From positions 2,660-66,659 of the forward strand of contig DUFC01000029.1 of the NCBI GenBank assembly GCA_011191875.1: a stretch of DNA of 64,000 bases. The letters run 5' to 3'. Source of the DNA: Dehalococcoidia bacterium (GTDB lineage: Bacteria > Chloroflexota > Dehalococcoidia > Dehalococcoidales > W498). Positions 38,033-46,167 of the stretch are shown here, one piece after another (the first letter of the stretch is position 1; each line of letters opens with the position of its first letter). The notes below the pieces were generated by a model. That model saw only the letters and a list, made by a program, of their open reading frames with translations, was not told the origin of the DNA and made no database searches. The position numbers were made by a program, and so were the translations under genes.

Positions 38033-38155
38033 TTAACAGGAAGGCCAAGGCAATCTCGGATGGTGTTGGCAATTTGCCCATTGAGCCTGTCTACCTTTCT
38101 TGAGCTTACTACATACAGACAAGTAATCCAACTTATATAAAGCCTCAAGATTCAT
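38033..38155 (-). CDS. candidate 40-aa small ORF (MNLEALYKLDYLSVCSKLKKGRQAQWANCQHHPRLPWPSC)
   Basis: GGGAGGTG SD 4-6 nt before ATG 38155. No recognisable family. Below the ORF-track length cut-off. Confidence 0.2.
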   Translation of the reverse strand: MNLEALYKLDYLSVCSKLKKGRQAQWANCQHHPRLPWPSC

Positions 38156-38189
38156 TTATCACCTCCCGTTTTATTTTTTGAATAAAGAT

Positions 38190-38879
38190 TTAGCGGACCT
38201 CCGACTTTATCTGGCTTGATTGAGCAGCTTTTTTATAATATAAATTGTGTCGACAGTCATCCATACAGAGCCTGCAATTATTGCACTTCAGGGGATATCG
38301 CTCAATAGTACCATCTGAACTAGAGTTAATAGCCTCGGTAGGACACACATCGGCACAATAAGCAAAGCTGCACTGGCGACAGTATCTCTTCTTCCACAGC
38401 CACCAGTCGAACTCATGGTAAATATGATAGAGTAATACTACGATGGCAGAGAAGAAAGCGACGTCATGAATCATCAGGGAAAACCTAAACATTTCAGATG
38501 GTACTATACCCTTCAGGAACCACTGCAATATGCCAGTCAGTACGAAAAGGACAAAACCGAACGCCACAAATGACTTATGTATCCTTTGCCAAGTATCGGG
38601 ATTAGGCGAGGTGGTAGTATTCCAGAATGCGGCTTCCCTCAGCCACTGCCAGGCGGCTCTGCTATTCGTTAAAGCATAGACCACTGGTGTACCCACCAAG
38701 ACTACCGCAGCAGTACGGTGAATAAGGCGACTCCAACTGCTGGCAGCTAATCCAGAGAGGCCGGGGACAACTAAAGGCAAACCAGTAATCAATAACATTA
38801 AGAAGGCTGCTACCATTATCCAGTGGACTATACGCTTACTGCTTTTTATATTATCGACACCAGTGCTCTTATTTGACAT
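38190..38879 (-). CDS. membrane b-type cytochrome-like domain (FdnI/Ni_hydr_CYTB-like) fused to a C-terminal 2x[4Fe-4S]-type Cys motif
   Basis: ..RIVHWIMVAAFLMLLITGL.., four TM helices with conserved His (..LIHR.., ..MIHD.., ..LYHIYHE..), then CRQCSFAYCADVCP and CNNCRLCMDDC. Confidence 0.45.
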   Translation of the reverse strand: MSNKSTGVDNIKSSKRIVHWIMVAAFLMLLITGLPLVVPGLSGLAASSWSRLIHRTAAVVLVGTPVVYALTNSRAAWQWLREAAFWNTTTSPNPDTWQRIHKSFVAFGFVLFVLTGILQWFLKGIVPSEMFRFSLMIHDVAFFSAIVVLLYHIYHEFDWWLWKKRYCRQCSFAYCADVCPTEAINSSSDGTIERYPLKCNNCRLCMDDCRHNLYYKKAAQSSQIKSEVR

Positions 38880-39000
38880 GAATCACCTCAACCTTAACTC
38901 AAAATAAATAGTAATTATAAATATTATTATGTAATAACTTAAAACACATGTTGATTTCATCCAGAGCCTTGAGATTATTATTAGCCTCTACCAGTGTTAT

Positions 39001-40236
39001 CTACATAAGCTCTTTCTCGCTAGATTCGATAGCCCGCTGCAGTTCGGCGCTGAGTAATGGTGGTAGTCCCTCAATATCTACCTCGAGAAAACCTCTAACT
39101 ATAGTAGCTGTGGCCTCAGCCCGTGTTAGCCCCCGAGCCATCAGGTACTCCACTTCTTCTTCAGCTATCTTTCCTACTGCTGCCTCATGGGATAGGTCAA
39201 TGCCGTCTAGTGTACCCTTAAGCTCGGGTATGGCGTGAATCACTCCTTCTCCCTGTAGGATTAGTCCGCGGCATTCCAGGTGCCCTTTAACCTCAGGAGC
39301 ATTGCCTTCTATGTAGCCCCGGGCGATAATATTACCCCCAGTAGTTATGGCCCGTGATATGATCTCTGTCTTTGCCCCTTTAGCGTTGAGGATTGCCCGT
39401 GAACCAACATCCAGTGCTGACCCCTGAGCTGCCACTAGAATACTGTTATATCTGACAACCGCGTTTTCACCTACACATCTAGCAGTAGGATACATTTGTA
39501 ACGAACGAACTGGCTTCATGAGTACATAATTACTGAGAAATAAGCCATCCTCTTCAACGATCGCTGCAGTGCGTGGGCGGACCGCTACCTCTGGATTCCA
39601 GCTATGTATCATAGTGAAGGTAATCTTAGCCCCCCTCTTTATATAGAACTCAGAGACTCCCAGATGTAATCCCGGCTCCTCTTTGGAAGCAGTAGTACAT
39701 CCGGTAATAATATGGAGTTCAGAGTTTTCTTCAGCAATTATGATATTATGAATATTTTGAGCCAGCTTACCCTTGGCTAGGTAAAGACAAGCTTGAACCG
39801 GATAGATAGTCTTAGTACCAGGTAGAGCTCTTATGAAATAGCCGTTACTCTGACTCAGCTCAACATTGGCAGTGTACTTATCAGTATCTACGGCTACCGC
39901 CTGCCACCAATAGTCTGATAGCCAATCATAATTTTCTAGAGCCTGGCTTACCGGCATTACTTCTATACCCTCTTGCCAGCTGGAAAAGTGGACTGGTGTA
40001 TTGTCCGTCTGGATAAAGGTTCCTGACCTCTGGCTCACATCATCAAGAATGACCCCTGCCTCTAACATCTGCTCCTTGGTCTTGGCGGGAAGCTCCGACG
40101 GGTCGGACTGATATGGTTGTGCCTCGGCTGAGCTAACATAATTAGTCAGGTCTACATCCTCACCAATAGCTGCTGGTTTGGTTGAGGCGGCTTTGGCCTT
40201 ATCTCTATACGTCTTGGAAGACTTTATTTCACGCAC
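39001..40236 (-). CDS. sufB: Fe-S cluster assembly protein SufB/SufD family
   Basis: C-terminal SufBD beta-helix (..SRA......A.......LI...A...A.P.L.I....V...H.A..G.I.EE..FYL.SRG....A). Preferred GTG start at 40236, 8 nt after GGGGAG, overlapping the sufC stop (GTGCGTGA). The track start at 40323 is probably too long. Confidence 0.8.
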   Translation of the reverse strand: MREIKSSKTYRDKAKAASTKPAAIGEDVDLTNYVSSAEAQPYQSDPSELPAKTKEQMLEAGVILDDVSQRSGTFIQTDNTPVHFSSWQEGIEVMPVSQALENYDWLSDYWWQAVAVDTDKYTANVELSQSNGYFIRALPGTKTIYPVQACLYLAKGKLAQNIHNIIIAEENSELHIITGCTTASKEEPGLHLGVSEFYIKRGAKITFTMIHSWNPEVAVRPRTAAIVEEDGLFLSNYVLMKPVRSLQMYPTARCVGENAVVRYNSILVAAQGSALDVGSRAILNAKGAKTEIISRAITTGGNIIARGYIEGNAPEVKGHLECRGLILQGEGVIHAIPELKGTLDGIDLSHEAAVGKIAEEEVEYLMARGLTRAEATATIVRGFLEVDIEGLPPLLSAELQRAIESSEKELM

Positions 40237-40981
40237 TTGGTACACTCCCCGCAAGGCATTTGACACACTCCTCATAGCCCTTCTCCCTGATAGTCGCCAG
40301 AATCTCATGCGGGTCTCCTGCACAGCCTATTCTGCCATCAAGCATGACATAGCCAGTGCGAGCATTAACATAGTCCAGAATATGACCAGTATGGGTGATA
40401 ATAAGCCCCATGCACTTTCGGGTACGAATGTGACAATTTTTGTCCAGCAACTCATTTATTAGGTCGCCTATCAGGGCTATATTTACCAGGTCGACACCGG
40501 ATTCTGGCTCGTCAAATAAAGTTAGTTCTGGTCTTTGAGCTAGTAACTGCATTAGCTCGGAGCGCTTTATCTCACCTCCTGAAAAACCATAGTTTATCTC
40601 TCTATCTAGAAGCTCAGTCATATTGGCTCTCTCAGCTAACTTATCTATAGTTACTTTATCCCCTCTATCTCCCATAGAGGCATCAAGCATATCACGTGTC
40701 TTTACCCCTCGAACCACCGGGGGACGCTGGAAAGACATGCCAATTCCTAAGCGGGCTCTCTCATCCACAGGCAACTTGGTTATGTCTTTGCCCTTGAAAA
40801 GGATACTGCCCTTGGTTACCTGGTATCTGGGGAAACCCATTATTGCCATGAGGAGAGTAGTCTTGCCACTACCATTAGGACCGAAGAGAACATGTGTTTC
40901 GCCAGTCCCAATATCCAAATTTATACCCTGCAGAATCTCCATACCATCTATAGCTACAGATAGTTGCTTAATCTCCAGCAT
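40229..40981 (-). CDS. sufC: Fe-S cluster assembly ATPase SufC
   Basis: MLEIK.L.V......IL.GI.L.I..GE.H.L.GPNGSGKTTL, ..FSGGE.KR.E..QL.., ..LDE..SG.D. Confidence 0.92.
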   Translation of the reverse strand: MLEIKQLSVAIDGMEILQGINLDIGTGETHVLFGPNGSGKTTLLMAIMGFPRYQVTKGSILFKGKDITKLPVDERARLGIGMSFQRPPVVRGVKTRDMLDASMGDRGDKVTIDKLAERANMTELLDREINYGFSGGEIKRSELMQLLAQRPELTLFDEPESGVDLVNIALIGDLINELLDKNCHIRTRKCMGLIITHTGHILDYVNARTGYVMLDGRIGCAGDPHEILATIREKGYEECVKCLAGSVPSA

Positions 40982-41017
40982 ATTTACTGCTCCATCTTAT
41001 TTTTCTTAACTACTTAT

Positions 41018-41548
41018 TCAGCCTCCGTCCAAAGACGGGCGCTCTTTGGTAACAAACCAACCTGCTGGATCCTTGAGATATTCGTAGTAGTCAAGGAGAA
41101 CTAGATGATGTTCTCTTTCTTCGGCAGCTAAGGTCTCATAAAAGTCTCTTTCAGTATCATAGGTAGCGGTCTGGCTTCGGTCTTTATACAGGTCATAACT
41201 CTTACTTTCCATTCCCATGGCTGTTTGTATAGCATCAAGCTCAGTGGCAGGAGCCTTTATGTCAGAGCCAATTTCATCGGTCGCTCTGGCAAATATGGTT
41301 CTTAATCTTTTACCCCCATCAGGCTGAAAATTAGTCTTGGGCCAGACCTTTTTACTCCGAAAAGTATCATAAATCTCCTCAAACTTCTGACGGTGAATGT
41401 CTTCCTCATTGGCTAGAGATTGGAAAAGTTCTCTACCCAGCTGGTTATCACTGCTCTGGCTTACCTTTCGGTAATACTCCTTACCATCAATTTCCATCTG
41501 TATAGCAATTTGAAGTGCGCCTAGGATTTTATCCTGTTCGGTTTCCAT
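41018..41548 (-). CDS. ferritin-like / rubrerythrin-family diiron-domain protein
   Basis: ..AIQMEIDGKEYY.., ..LANEEDIH.., ..AMGMESKSYDLY.., ..LAAEEREH.. (two ExxH pairs). Confidence 0.55.
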   Translation of the reverse strand: METEQDKILGALQIAIQMEIDGKEYYRKVSQSSDNQLGRELFQSLANEEDIHRQKFEEIYDTFRSKKVWPKTNFQPDGGKRLRTIFARATDEIGSDIKAPATELDAIQTAMGMESKSYDLYKDRSQTATYDTERDFYETLAAEEREHHLVLLDYYEYLKDPAGWFVTKERPSLDGG

Positions 41549-41578
41549 ATTCCAACCTCTCTTAAGTTTGCAAGGTAA

Positions 41579-42067
41579 TTATCTAACTTTTCGCAATGTT
41601 TTTTTTAGTTGGGAAAACATTCTCAGGTGTGCCTTTTCCTCGTCTATTATATTGAGAACTACTTTTTGGTCAGGCTGTCTTACGAAGTTCTGCATCTCTG
41701 TATAGAAAAGGATAGAATCCTTTTCAGCTTGAATGCCGATATCAGTGGCTTCAATTTCACTGGTTACCTTCTCGGCTTTTTGTTGAGCCTCACTGATATT
41801 TGAGAACACTGAGCTATCAACTAGTGATTTCAGATAAAGCATATATTCTTCGGCATAATCTTGCGGAGGCTGATATTGACCTACAGCATCTAGCATGCCC
41901 TGAAAAGTATTCAGATGTTTCTTCTCTTCGTTAGCCAGATAATCATAGATATCCTTGGAATCCTTATTCTGGGTTTTGTTAGCCAAAGCCTGATAGAATG
42001 CTACCCCGTTTCTTTCTATATTTATAGCTATTTCTACGAGTTCACTGCCTGTAAAAACGATAGACAT
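41579..42067 (-). CDS. ferritin-like / rubrerythrin-family diiron-domain protein (paralogue)
   Basis: ..AINIERNGVAFY.., ..LANEEKKH.., ..GIQAEKDSILFY.., ..IIDEEKAH. Confidence 0.55.
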   Translation of the reverse strand: MSIVFTGSELVEIAINIERNGVAFYQALANKTQNKDSKDIYDYLANEEKKHLNTFQGMLDAVGQYQPPQDYAEEYMLYLKSLVDSSVFSNISEAQQKAEKVTSEIEATDIGIQAEKDSILFYTEMQNFVRQPDQKVVLNIIDEEKAHLRMFSQLKKTLRKVR

Positions 42068-42093
42068 TTTTAAATTACCTCCCTAGTTGTTTT

Positions 42094-43008
42094 TTATTCG
42101 CTAAGCCTCTGTAGGTAACTATACGCTTGAAGGGTAGCCTTAGCCCCTTCACCAGCAGCTATCACTATCTGCTTTTCAGGAACACTGGTAACATCCCCGG
42201 CGGCAAAAAGCCCAGGTACACTTGTTTCATTGGCACAATTAACCTCTATTTCCCCAAGATGATTTAGAGTGACTACCCCTTTCACAAACTCTGAGTTAGG
42301 GATGAGTCCAATCTCGACAAAAACACCACCAACGTCCAACTCCCTTTCCTGTCTGGTCTTCAAGTCTCTTATTCTTATCCCCTCAACAAAGTTCTCCCCT
42401 TCTATCTCCAGCACTTCGTGTTCCAGGAATTTCATCAGGTTATTAGCCTTTTCCAGTTTATCAATTAGTATGGGGTCGCCGGTGAGAGGAGTCAACGATA
42501 TCAAGTAAGTATGGTCAGCGATCCTAACCATGTCAATAGCAGCTTCCAGAGCCGAGTTACCACCTCCAATGACAGCTACTTTCATACCGCCAAAGAGGGG
42601 GCCATCGCAGACAGCGCAGTAAGTAATCCCTTTGCCTCTAAGCTTTTCCTCACCCGGAACATTTAGCAAACGAGAACGCTTACCGGTGGCTACTATGGCT
42701 GTCTTAGCCTCGTAGGTTTCGTCTCCACCTATCCTGACCTCAAAGCCTTGGCTTATTTGGGACAAGTTACTAACCCCTTGCCCGATTTTCATATCTACGG
42801 GAAACTGTTTTACCTGCTTCTCAAATTTCTCCATTAACTCAGGACCTTCTATGAACTGGTAGCCCATATAGTTCTCTATTCCCGCAGTAACATTTGGCTG
42901 ACCTCCAAGGTCTTGGCTAATGAGCAATGTACTTAGCTTCTTTCGGGCAGCATACACCGCCGCTGTCATCCCCGCCGGACCACCTCCGATAATCATTAAA
43001 TCATACAT
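42094..43008 (-). CDS. trxB: thioredoxin-disulfide reductase-like flavoprotein
   Basis: MYDLMIIGGGPAGMTAAVYAAR.., redox-active ..YCAVCDG.., ..V.VIGGGNSA.E.A.., ..FAAGDV. Confidence 0.85.
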   Translation of the reverse strand: MYDLMIIGGGPAGMTAAVYAARKKLSTLLISQDLGGQPNVTAGIENYMGYQFIEGPELMEKFEKQVKQFPVDMKIGQGVSNLSQISQGFEVRIGGDETYEAKTAIVATGKRSRLLNVPGEEKLRGKGITYCAVCDGPLFGGMKVAVIGGGNSALEAAIDMVRIADHTYLISLTPLTGDPILIDKLEKANNLMKFLEHEVLEIEGENFVEGIRIRDLKTRQERELDVGGVFVEIGLIPNSEFVKGVVTLNHLGEIEVNCANETSVPGLFAAGDVTSVPEKQIVIAAGEGAKATLQAYSYLQRLSE

Positions 43009-43009
43009 T

Positions 43010-43072
43010 TTACTTAATTCTCTTGCACCAGAGGTGCCCGGGCGTAGAATAAACTTTAACCTGTTGTGCCAT
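43010..43072 (-). other. 20-codon leader ORF derived from a duplicated glutaredoxin 5' end ([20 protein letters not shown]), stop 1 nt before the trxB ATG
   Basis: AGGAGGTAATCGAAATGGCACAACAGGTTAAAGTTTATTCTACGCC differs at 1 of 46 nt from the Grx-Rd start region (37954-37999 plus SD). TAAaATG junction with trxB. Confidence 0.45.
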
Positions 43073-43147
43073 TTCGATTACCTCCTGGTAGGGTCAACAT
43101 TACCATAACAGGGAGACCGGGAAGCGAGACATTAGAGAATCAATAAG

Positions 43148-43933
43148 CTACTTACTAGCTTTTTTCTTAACCGAGACTGGAATCTTCTTGGCTTTAACCT
43201 CAGCGGTTTTGGGAAAAGTAACCTCTAAAACTCCATCCTCAAAACTAGCTTCAATCTTTTCGGCATCGGCGTCAGTAGGAAGAGCTATTGCACGAGAGCA
43301 TCTACCATAAAGACGCTCACAGGTATAGTAGTCTTCCTCCTTGACCTCGGTTTCAGATTTTCGCTCCCCTTTTACCACCAGTCTGTCGCCGACAACTGAA
43401 GCATCTACGTCCTCTGCCTTCATCCCGGGGAGTTCAACCTTTATCACAAACTTATCTTCCTTCTCAAACATCTCTACTGGAGGTGCCCAGTGTCTTTCCT
43501 CTATAGGGCGATGCTTCCACACTTCGGGATGAAGCACTCGACCCATAACATCCTCAAAGTGCCGCTCCATCTCATCTAGATCAGTCAATGGTCTACGACC
43601 CCACACTTCTGGGTGAAGCGATGGGGGATACGTGGGTTGAAATGCTGGACCTTCTACCCCCGCCAATTCGGGGTGAAAAGCTCGACGAATGGCATTCTCC
43701 AAGCGCTGTTCTATCTCCCCTAGATCCGTCAATGGTCTACGACCCCATACTTCGGGGTGAAGCGATGGGGGATACGTGGGTTGAAATCTTGGACTTTCTA
43801 CTCCCCTTGCCAGTTCAGGGTGAAAAGCTCGACGAACGGCATTCTCCAAGCGCTGTTCTATCTCTGGATACCCACCGTATGGTTTCAACCCCCACATTTG
43901 GCGAATTTCAGACGGTAAATTTTCTAGTGCCAT
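43148..43933 (-). CDS. Hsp20/alpha-crystallin small heat-shock protein with a long internally duplicated N-terminal extension
   Basis: C-terminal ACD (..PPVEMFEKEDKFVIKVELPGMKAEDVDASVVGDRLVVKGERK..., ..ASFEDGVLEVTFPK). AAAGGAGG SD. Confidence 0.85.
   Translation of the reverse strand: MALENLPSEIRQMWGLKPYGGYPEIEQRLENAVRRAFHPELARGVESPRFQPTYPPSLHPEVWGRRPLTDLGEIEQRLENAIRRAFHPELAGVEGPAFQPTYPPSLHPEVWGRRPLTDLDEMERHFEDVMGRVLHPEVWKHRPIEERHWAPPVEMFEKEDKFVIKVELPGMKAEDVDASVVGDRLVVKGERKSETEVKEEDYYTCERLYGRCSRAIALPTDADAEKIEASFEDGVLEVTFPKTAEVKAKKIPVSVKKKASK
43574..43864 (-). repeat. in-frame tandem duplication (147 + 144 nt) inside hsp20
   Basis: EIEQRLENAVRRAFHPELARGVESPRFQPTYPPSLHPEVWGRRPLTDLG is followed by EIEQRLENAIRRAFHPELAGVEGPAFQPTYPPSLHPEVWGRRPLTDLD. 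A degenerate third unit follows (EMERHFEDVMGRVLHPEVWKHRP). Confidence 0.85.
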
Positions 43934-43997
43934 AGCTAAACCTCCTTTAGTTTATTGTCGCAAACTAGGTCCCGCTTCCCAGACCTTTAGGATTCAT

Positions 43998-44212
43998 CAA
44001 TAATGATAGCAAGCTAGCAATAACGAAGTCATAAAATGGAAGGAGAAAAAGTTACAAAATTATGACATTGTAGGCAGTGTTTTGCGATAAGTTTACAATG
44101 TTATTAGTATCCTTCGACGTAGGATTCATTAAAGCTATTCAGTCCAGGAGTTGGTCTATGATGTAGCCTATCTTGGGGATGGTGCGAATCAGCTTGGGAG
44201 CGATTAGGAGCA
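43998..44212. repeat. left arm of a ~215-bp inverted repeat bracketing the two-component system; contains a decayed response-regulator 3' end
   Basis: The reverse complement aligns along its length with 46795-47007. The minus strand at 44139-44198 encodes PKLIRTIPKIGYIIDQLLD*, against the RR end PKLIRTIPKTGYIVDQPLA*. Confidence 0.85.
44003..44063 (-). promoter_or_regulatory. candidate outward promoter (toward hsp20) plus conserved 44-nt upstream core
   Basis: On the minus strand: core 44063->44020, -35 TGACTT (44031-44026), 17-nt spacer, -10 TATCAT (44008-44003). The hsp20 ATG is about 70 nt downstream. Confidence 0.45.
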
Positions 44213-44263
44213 CCAATACTAGTAACGATGGTGAAAAATGCATAGGATTCTTGTTGTTTAAAT

Positions 44264-46090
44264 TTATGGATGATTCTCGCTAGGTAAACCATGACTCAAA
44301 GGTATGGTAAAGAAGAAAGTGGAACCTTTGCCGAATTCCGATTCAACCCATATCTGACCGCCGTGTGCTTCCACCAGCCTGCGACAAACCAATAATCCCA
44401 GTCCTACCCCTCCAATTCCACCAGATCTGGACTCTTCAAGACGCTGGAAGGGCTCAAATAGCTTGGACCGGTCAGAAGGAGATATACCACTCCCTTGGTC
44501 ACTAACGCCGATAACCAGGTGCTCCTCCTCCGGTCTGGCGGAGATTCGTATCTCTCCTCCTTGCGGTGAGTACTTAATTGCGTTTTCAATGAGATTATAG
44601 AGGATACGCTCCAGTCTCAATTCATCAGCATAAACTGAGGGTAGTTTCTTCGGGAGGTCCACAACAAACTGACGTGATGAAGACTGGCGTTTTATTCTCT
44701 CGACTATGCCTTGAATTACCTTCTTAGTATTAGTTGCTTCAGCATGAAGAAACAGACGGTCTGCCTGTATTCTAGACAGCTCCAAGAGATTTCCCAACAT
44801 GTGGGAGAGCGATTCTGCTTCCAAAGCTGCATCGTTGAGTAGTTGATGTGTTTCTTCTGGAGATAGACGTTCCGCTTCGGTTAGAGCCGTATTGACAGCT
44901 CCTGTGATAACAGTTAGAGGACTGCGTAGCTCATGGGAGACAAGGCCGATGAACTCATCCTTTAACTGGTCTAGTCTTTTACGCTCAGTAATATCCACTA
45001 CCACTGACCGATTGGCCACCACCTGACCACCTTTATCATGGACTGGCCGCACTGATAAGTTAATCCACACCTTACTGCCGTTGGCTCGGCAAATCTCTAA
45101 CTCCTCGTCACGGATCTCCTCGCCAGCAAGAAACCTCTGAAAAACCCCCTTTGCCTTACCTTTTCCGTCTGGCGTATCGGCATACAAGTCAAGCACCCGC
45201 CGCCCAACCAACTCATCCAAGCTATAACCAAATAGTTCGGTAGCACCACGGTTAGCCTGCTTAATAAAGCCATCTACCCCAACCGAGAAATAGGCATTGG
45301 GTGCTTCATTGTAGAGGTCTCGGTATCGCTTTTCGCTTTCCTGAAGCTCACCCTCAGCTATAAATGTGTGCAGTGCCTGGCCGATATAGACCCCCACCCG
45401 TTCCAACAATTGGACTCTTTCTAGAGGGATTTTGTTTTCACTTTCATCAGCCAGATGGATTAGTCCCAAGATTCTACCTCTATCTTTCATCGGCACCAGA
45501 GCTACTGATTCGTAGCCATACTGGTTACATACATTCCCAGTTTGGTCCTTGAGCTCCTCTGGAACCGAGGCCAGAAGCTTTGTCGTGCCGTTGCTGAGGA
45601 AGGAGCCGCCCTTAGTATATGTGAGAAACCCAGAGCGGGTATTTCCCATTATCACATTAGCGCACATGCATTTGTCCGACTTGATACATAGAGGGTTTTC
45701 AACCTCGTAAAACTTTCGGTTGAATCCGGTATATGAGACATAGGGAATATTCCCATCGTCGTCCAAGAGACGGATGCCCACACAGCAGCATCCTGAATAT
45801 TTCTTAACTTGCTTGACAAGTCGCTCTAGGTATTTCTTCATATCCCGGCTCTGGCTCAGCGTCTCCAAGACGCTAATAAGCAAATCCCTTTCCGCTTGTA
45901 CGAATGCAGTTGTACCCTCAAAGCCAACCCTCGGGGACCTGTTCGATGGCTCCCTTACTACTCTTCGATTCTTTTTAGAGATACTCACTGGGATGTTCCT
46001 CACGAGTTTTTTTATTCCGAAACATTGGCCTTCTATGATAATATCTAGTATTTTAGTTGCAGCTAATAGTCTAGTCAAGATATCATCCAT
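44264..46090 (-). CDS. soluble sensor histidine kinase: Cys-rich GAF - PAS - HisKA - HATPase_c
   Basis: No TM segments seen. GAF-like region with ..[15 protein letters not shown].., ..[12 protein letters not shown].., ..[16 protein letters not shown]... PAS (..[15 protein letters not shown]..). H-box ..[14 protein letters not shown]... N/G boxes ..[11 protein letters not shown].., ..DQGSGI.., ..GGVGLGL. Confidence 0.9.
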   Translation of the reverse strand: MDDILTRLLAATKILDIIIEGQCFGIKKLVRNIPVSISKKNRRVVREPSNRSPRVGFEGTTAFVQAERDLLISVLETLSQSRDMKKYLERLVKQVKKYSGCCCVGIRLLDDDGNIPYVSYTGFNRKFYEVENPLCIKSDKCMCANVIMGNTRSGFLTYTKGGSFLSNGTTKLLASVPEELKDQTGNVCNQYGYESVALVPMKDRGRILGLIHLADESENKIPLERVQLLERVGVYIGQALHTFIAEGELQESEKRYRDLYNEAPNAYFSVGVDGFIKQANRGATELFGYSLDELVGRRVLDLYADTPDGKGKAKGVFQRFLAGEEIRDEELEICRANGSKVWINLSVRPVHDKGGQVVANRSVVVDITERKRLDQLKDEFIGLVSHELRSPLTVITGAVNTALTEAERLSPEETHQLLNDAALEAESLSHMLGNLLELSRIQADRLFLHAEATNTKKVIQGIVERIKRQSSSRQFVVDLPKKLPSVYADELRLERILYNLIENAIKYSPQGGEIRISARPEEEHLVIGVSDQGSGISPSDRSKLFEPFQRLEESRSGGIGGVGLGLLVCRRLVEAHGGQIWVESEFGKGSTFFFTIPLSHGLPSENHP

Positions 46091-46103
46091 ATATGAAGAG
46101 ACT

Positions 46104-46132
46104 TTGACATCCGCTGAATTTGGAACTATTAT
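46104..46132 (+). promoter_or_regulatory. candidate promoter of the response-regulator gene
   Basis: TTGACA (46104-46109), 17-nt spacer, TATTAT (46127-46132). Lies inside the track ORF N-terminal extension, which supports the GTG 46168 start. Confidence 0.45.
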
Positions 46133-46167
46133 TCTTACTTAGAGTAGGTAAACTCGGAGATACTTCG

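Noticed and set aside
44104-44292. 62-aa minus-strand ORF between the histidine kinase and hsp20
   Set aside because: This region is the decayed copy of the response-regulator 3' end, and the RR-like frame is a different one. No SD, and it overlaps the kinase stop.
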